Source: Alphaproteobacteria bacterium (GTDB lineage: Bacteria > Pseudomonadota > Alphaproteobacteria > JAJFIK01). Taken from it: a DNA stretch of 50,830 nucleotides. The translations under genes were made by a program, and so were the position numbers. The first letter of the stretch is position 1, and each line of letters starts with the position of its first letter. Below the pieces are notes generated by a model. It ran no database searches, had not been told where the DNA came from, and saw only the letters and a list, made by a program, of their open reading frames with translations. The stretch lies in NCBI GenBank assembly GCA_028280665.1, contig JANQLJ010000004.1:1-50830 (forward strand), read 5' to 3'. Shown here one piece after another: positions 48,901 to 50,830 of the stretch.

Positions 48901-50830
48901 TGTCACGGGCTCCTCCGAAGCCGATGTCATCAATGGCGATGCAGGGAATGATACAATTACTGGCGGTGGTGGAAATGACACAATTGATGGCGGAGCCGAC
49001 ACGGACACCGCTGTATTCTCGGGGAACCGGGCTGATTACACGCCTACACAGATTGACGGAGACTCCCTGACCATCACCGGACCTGATGGTACCGATACGG
49101 TCCATAATGTTGAAAACTTCCAGTTCGATGACCAAACGGTCAGTTTCTCTGACTTACTAGCCATCACGTTCGTTCCGACGTTCACATCGGGAACCGCAAG
49201 CTCCTTCGCCGAGAACGCGGTGGGGGTCGCCCATGATGCAGACGCCATCGACCTTGACAGTGCCGCACCAACCTATGCCATCACCGGCGGTGCGGATGCG
49301 GCGTTGTTCACCATCAATACGGTGACGGGTGAAGTTTCCTTCATCGCGCCGCCGGACTTCGAAGTGCCTGGCGATGTGGGCGGGAACAATGTTTACGACA
49401 TCGAGATCACAGCCTCTTCGGGTGGTGATAACACGGCCCAGAACGTCTCGATCACCGTCACCAACGAAAATGACAACGCGCCTGCGTTCACGTCCGGCAC
49501 AACTGCTACGTTTGCAGAGGGGGGAACAGGTACGGTTTTCACGGCCGCGGCCACGGATGTGGACGGTGAGACGCCAACCTTTTCAATTTCCGGTGGGGCA
49601 GACGCGGCGTTGTTCACCATCAACACCGCGACGGGAGAAGTTTCCTTCATCGCGCCGCCCGATTTTGAAGCCCCCGCCGACAGCGGCGGCAACAACGTCT
49701 ATGACGTGGACATCACCGCCTCCGACGGGGTCAATACGGCCACGCAATCTGTTGCAGTAACAGTGACCGATGTAAGCGGGCCACCGGCCTTCACGTCGGG
49801 GACCACAGCGAATTTCGCCGAAAACGGAACCGGCACGGCTTACGATGCAAACGCCACCAGTCCGGATGGACCTGCGCCCACATTTTCCATTAGCGGCGGC
49901 GCTGATGCGGCGTTGTTCACTATCAACACAGCAACAGGTGAAGTCGCGTTCGCCGCACCGCCCGATTTTGAATCGCCGAGCGATACAGGCGGGAACAATG
50001 TTTATGACATTGAGATCACGGCAAATAGCAGCGGGCTCCTCGCAACCCAAACCGTAGCCATCACGGTTACAAACGAAAATGATGTTGCCCCGGCCTTTAC
50101 CTCGGGGACCACAGCAAGTTTTGCGGAAAACGGATTCGGTACAGCATACGATGCCGACGCCACCGACGCGGATGGTGATACACCCACGTTTGCGATCACT
50201 GGTGGGGCGGACGCGGTGCTCTTCAATATCAATTCGGCAACAGGTGAAGTCTCATTTATTCTGAGCCCGGATTTCGAAGCTCCCACTGACGCAGGCGGTG
50301 ATAACACGTACAACATCGAAGTCACAGCGAGTGATGGCGTCAACAGCACCCCTCAATCCGTCGCCATCACCGTTACCGACATCGTCAACGAATTCAATGT
50401 GATTAACGGAACGACGCTCGAAGATGACTTGGTCGGTACTTCCGCCGCGGATCAAATCAACGGCCTCGGTGGCAATGACCGCATTACCGGCGGCGCGGGC
50501 GTCGATCAGCTCAACGGCGGCGGTGGTGACGATGTGTTTCTTGTGGGTGTTGGCGACACCCCGGACGTCTTCAATGGCGGTACCGGAACCGACACCATCG
50601 CAGCCACGGAACCAAGTGTAGGAATCTCATTTGCCGGCGGCGTGTTCGGTCCGGCAAATTCCATTGAAGTCATTACCAACGATGCGCCGTCCGCTCCCGG
50701 TGGCTTCACGGAGCTGACCGGTACACCCGGTGATGACACCCTTGATGCCTCTGCCGAGACCACGCCTTTCTTTATCGAGGGCCTTGACGGCCGGGACACG
50801 CTCATCGGCGGCAGCGCGGACGATGTGCTG
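45959..50830 (+). CDS. Giant secreted multidomain protein (partial, at least 1,624 aa): kexin/furin-like S8 serine protease, proprotein-convertase P-domain, RTX (GGxGxD) calcium-binding cassettes and four cadherin-like repeats
   Basis: Absent from the ORF track because the frame stays open to the window end. My translation shows DPLFSSQWHLNNTG (46091), the catalytic triad motifs VVDDGV (Asp, 46205), DNHGTAVAG (His, 46319) and SGTSFSSP (Ser, 46856) with the oxyanion LNNSWG, and a P-domain ...HVEVTLNLSHTAPVDLVVTLISPDGTES...GTWTLRVQDT...GTLNSWSLRLWGD (about 47097-47524). RTX nonapeptides follow from about 47750. Two ~55-aa V(Y/F)SG...VE.FQF modules lie at 47837-48022 and 48992-49159. The cadherin array is at 49181-50398. 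The start is ATG 45959 or ATG 45983, with an in-frame stop at 45875. There is no N-terminal signal peptide, which is consistent with type I secretion. Confidence 0.85.
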   Translation, partial: MKFYDGTPMKNSSFVIQGSIKRLDEIAHDFSFGWPTAIPLLTPTDPLFSSQWHLNNTGSNPDINILSVWDDYTGAGVIVGVVDDGVQYTHPDLTANYNTSIDRDEDQNDNNAAPVNVDDNHGTAVAGVIGAAQNSIDVVGVAFGATIAGLRMGFESNDGPDQPQDLFNHAVANGFDVLNNSWGYGGFFQNSDDFNNPAFSGLGAALENLADNGRGGLGTVVVFSSGNDGDHGQDANYHNLLNSRFTIPVGAMDSSGNLTSFSTPGAPVFVVLPGQGIVTTDRTGTDGYVTGNTVSISGTSFSSPIGAGIAALLLEANPGLGWRDVQEIFVLSATQIQPSHSAWDINGTTIWNGGGLHTSRWHGFGLTDTEAAVRLAETWTLQSTSANETSVTGSSSPNTTIADLSTITDTITIPTGVNIDHVEVTLNLSHTAPVDLVVTLISPDGTESQLIVQPGLVPGSDTTPSDGQAGDDGVPAANISFTLSSTEFWGETGAGTWTLRVQDTLTQDSGTLNSWSLRLWGDPLSDDTTYYFTNEYAAFASSDTSRQTITDTTGINTINAAAVSGNLVIDLTGAGPSTIAATSLTLGVGSVFHHAYAGDGNDTLIGNAFDNTLFGGRGNDGITGNNGTDTVVYLSNSTEFTFTLVSPTEIQVAYTGTSGIDEGTDLVTGVELFQFGDTTLTKSQVEALAGGGGSVINGTPLNDILVGTSDAEEINGLGGNDRITGGAGIDQLNGGGGDDVFLVGVGDTPDIFDGGTGTDTIAAIESGVGISFADGLFGPSNSIELITNDAPTSSGFLFFGGTSGDDVIDASAETVPVFIDGLGGRDTLIGGSADDALAGGTSNDNLTGNGGADTFIIVDGTGREVITDFDTASGDVINLSGVAGLNNFADVQAVMTFRGGNTRIATPAGDTIIIQGIDSADLSADDFDFGTAPTPASISASPAAAVANTTIEGTTGTDNYDFSATDLDGITAINMNGGDDTVTGSSEADVINGDAGNDTITGGGGNDTIDGGADTDTAVFSGNRADYTPTQIDGDSLTITGPDGTDTVHNVENFQFDDQTVSFSDLLAITFVPTFTSGTASSFAENAVGVAHDADAIDLDSAAPTYAITGGADAALFTINTVTGEVSFIAPPDFEVPGDVGGNNVYDIEITASSGGDNTAQNVSITVTNENDNAPAFTSGTTATFAEGGTGTVFTAAATDVDGETPTFSISGGADAALFTINTATGEVSFIAPPDFEAPADSGGNNVYDVDITASDGVNTATQSVAVTVTDVSGPPAFTSGTTANFAENGTGTAYDANATSPDGPAPTFSISGGADAALFTINTATGEVAFAAPPDFESPSDTGGNNVYDIEITANSSGLLATQTVAITVTNENDVAPAFTSGTTASFAENGFGTAYDADATDADGDTPTFAITGGADAVLFNINSATGEVSFILSPDFEAPTDAGGDNTYNIEVTASDGVNSTPQSVAITVTDIVNEFNVINGTTLEDDLVGTSAADQINGLGGNDRITGGAGVDQLNGGGGDDVFLVGVGDTPDVFNGGTGTDTIAATEPSVGISFAGGVFGPANSIEVITNDAPSAPGGFTELTGTPGDDTLDASAETTPFFIEGLDGRDTLIGGSADDVL
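48041..48469 (+). repeat. RTX cassette copy A (first ~430 bp of a cassette that continues to about 48745)
   Basis: It encodes VINGTPLNDILVGTSDAEEINGLGGNDRITGGAGIDQLNGGGGDDVFLVGVGDTPDIFDGGTGTDTIAA...DGLGGRDTLIGGSADDAL. It is collinear with 50399-50830, including identical runs such as aatgaccgcattaccggcgg and gtgtttcttgtgggtgttggcga. Confidence 0.8.
49181..50398 (+). repeat. Four tandem cadherin-like repeats, period 303-306 bp (101-102 aa)
   Basis: Repeat starts are at 49181, 49487, 49790 and 50096. The consensus is FTSGTTA.FAENG.GTAYDA.A.D.DG..PTF.I.GGADAALFTIN.ATGEVSF.APPDFE.P.D.GGNNVYD.EITASDG.N...Q.V.ITVT(N/D)ENDNAPA, with a DxNDN-type inter-domain Ca-binding linker. Confidence 0.8.
50399..50830 (+). 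repeat. RTX cassette copy B (truncated by window end)
   Basis: It encodes VINGTTLEDDLVGTSAADQINGLGGNDRITGGAGVDQLNGGGGDDVFLVGVGDTPDVFNGGTGTDTIAA...EGLDGRDTLIGGSADDVL, a paralogue of 48041-48469. Confidence 0.8.

Noticed and set aside
48148-50805. Several 100-210-aa minus-strand ORFs (48148-48618, 48494-49135, 49583-50050, 50002-50349, 50506-50805) inside the RTX/cadherin region
   Set aside because: They are Ser/Pro/Val-rich antisense shadows of the repetitive GGxGxD and cadherin coding frame, whereas the plus frame is continuously open with coherent domain motifs.

Overview
This 50.8 kb window looks like a conserved chromosomal segment of a roughly 60% GC alphaproteobacterium. The taxon call rests on a PopZ homologue, TrmFO, a GAAC-N7-GAAC SOS box, and the gene orders pcm-like/tolC/popZ/valS, SPOR/nagZ/scpAB/tatABC/serS/surE/pcm/nlpD-like/yajC/secDF and uvrA<>ssb...gyrA/coaD/ppiAB/queA/tgt. 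I call about 47 protein genes, two tRNAs (Asn-GUU, Cys-GCA), three intrinsic terminators, three sigma70-like promoters, one LexA box and one CtrA-type box. There are no CRISPR arrays, integrases, transposases, toxin-antitoxin pairs or recognisable defence genes, and I cannot point to a clear multi-gene novel system. The most unusual content is listed below.

1. From 45959 to the window end there is an ORF absent from the ORF track because it never reaches a stop. It encodes at least 1,624 aa: a prodomain-less kexin/furin-like S8 protease, a P-domain, RTX cassettes and four cadherin-like repeats. Its composition is visibly lower in GC than the flanking core genes.
2. A single-domain voltage-gated channel (BacNav family) sits between ssb and gyrA. 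Its selectivity filter reads TLEGWPD rather than TLESWxx, which resembles calcium channels.
3. A 155-nt terminated trailer lies downstream of tRNA-Cys. It has a hairpin, an exposed CACCUCCU anti-Shine-Dalgarno stretch and a perfect TTAA-N7-TTAAC box, so it is a candidate sRNA.
4. A small AAC(3)-like plus SRPBCC gene pair abuts the tRNA genes.
5. Two tandem amidase paralogues are present.
6. Three convergent gene pairs share a palindromic CTAG double stop.

All family assignments come from reading motifs by eye. No database search was run.
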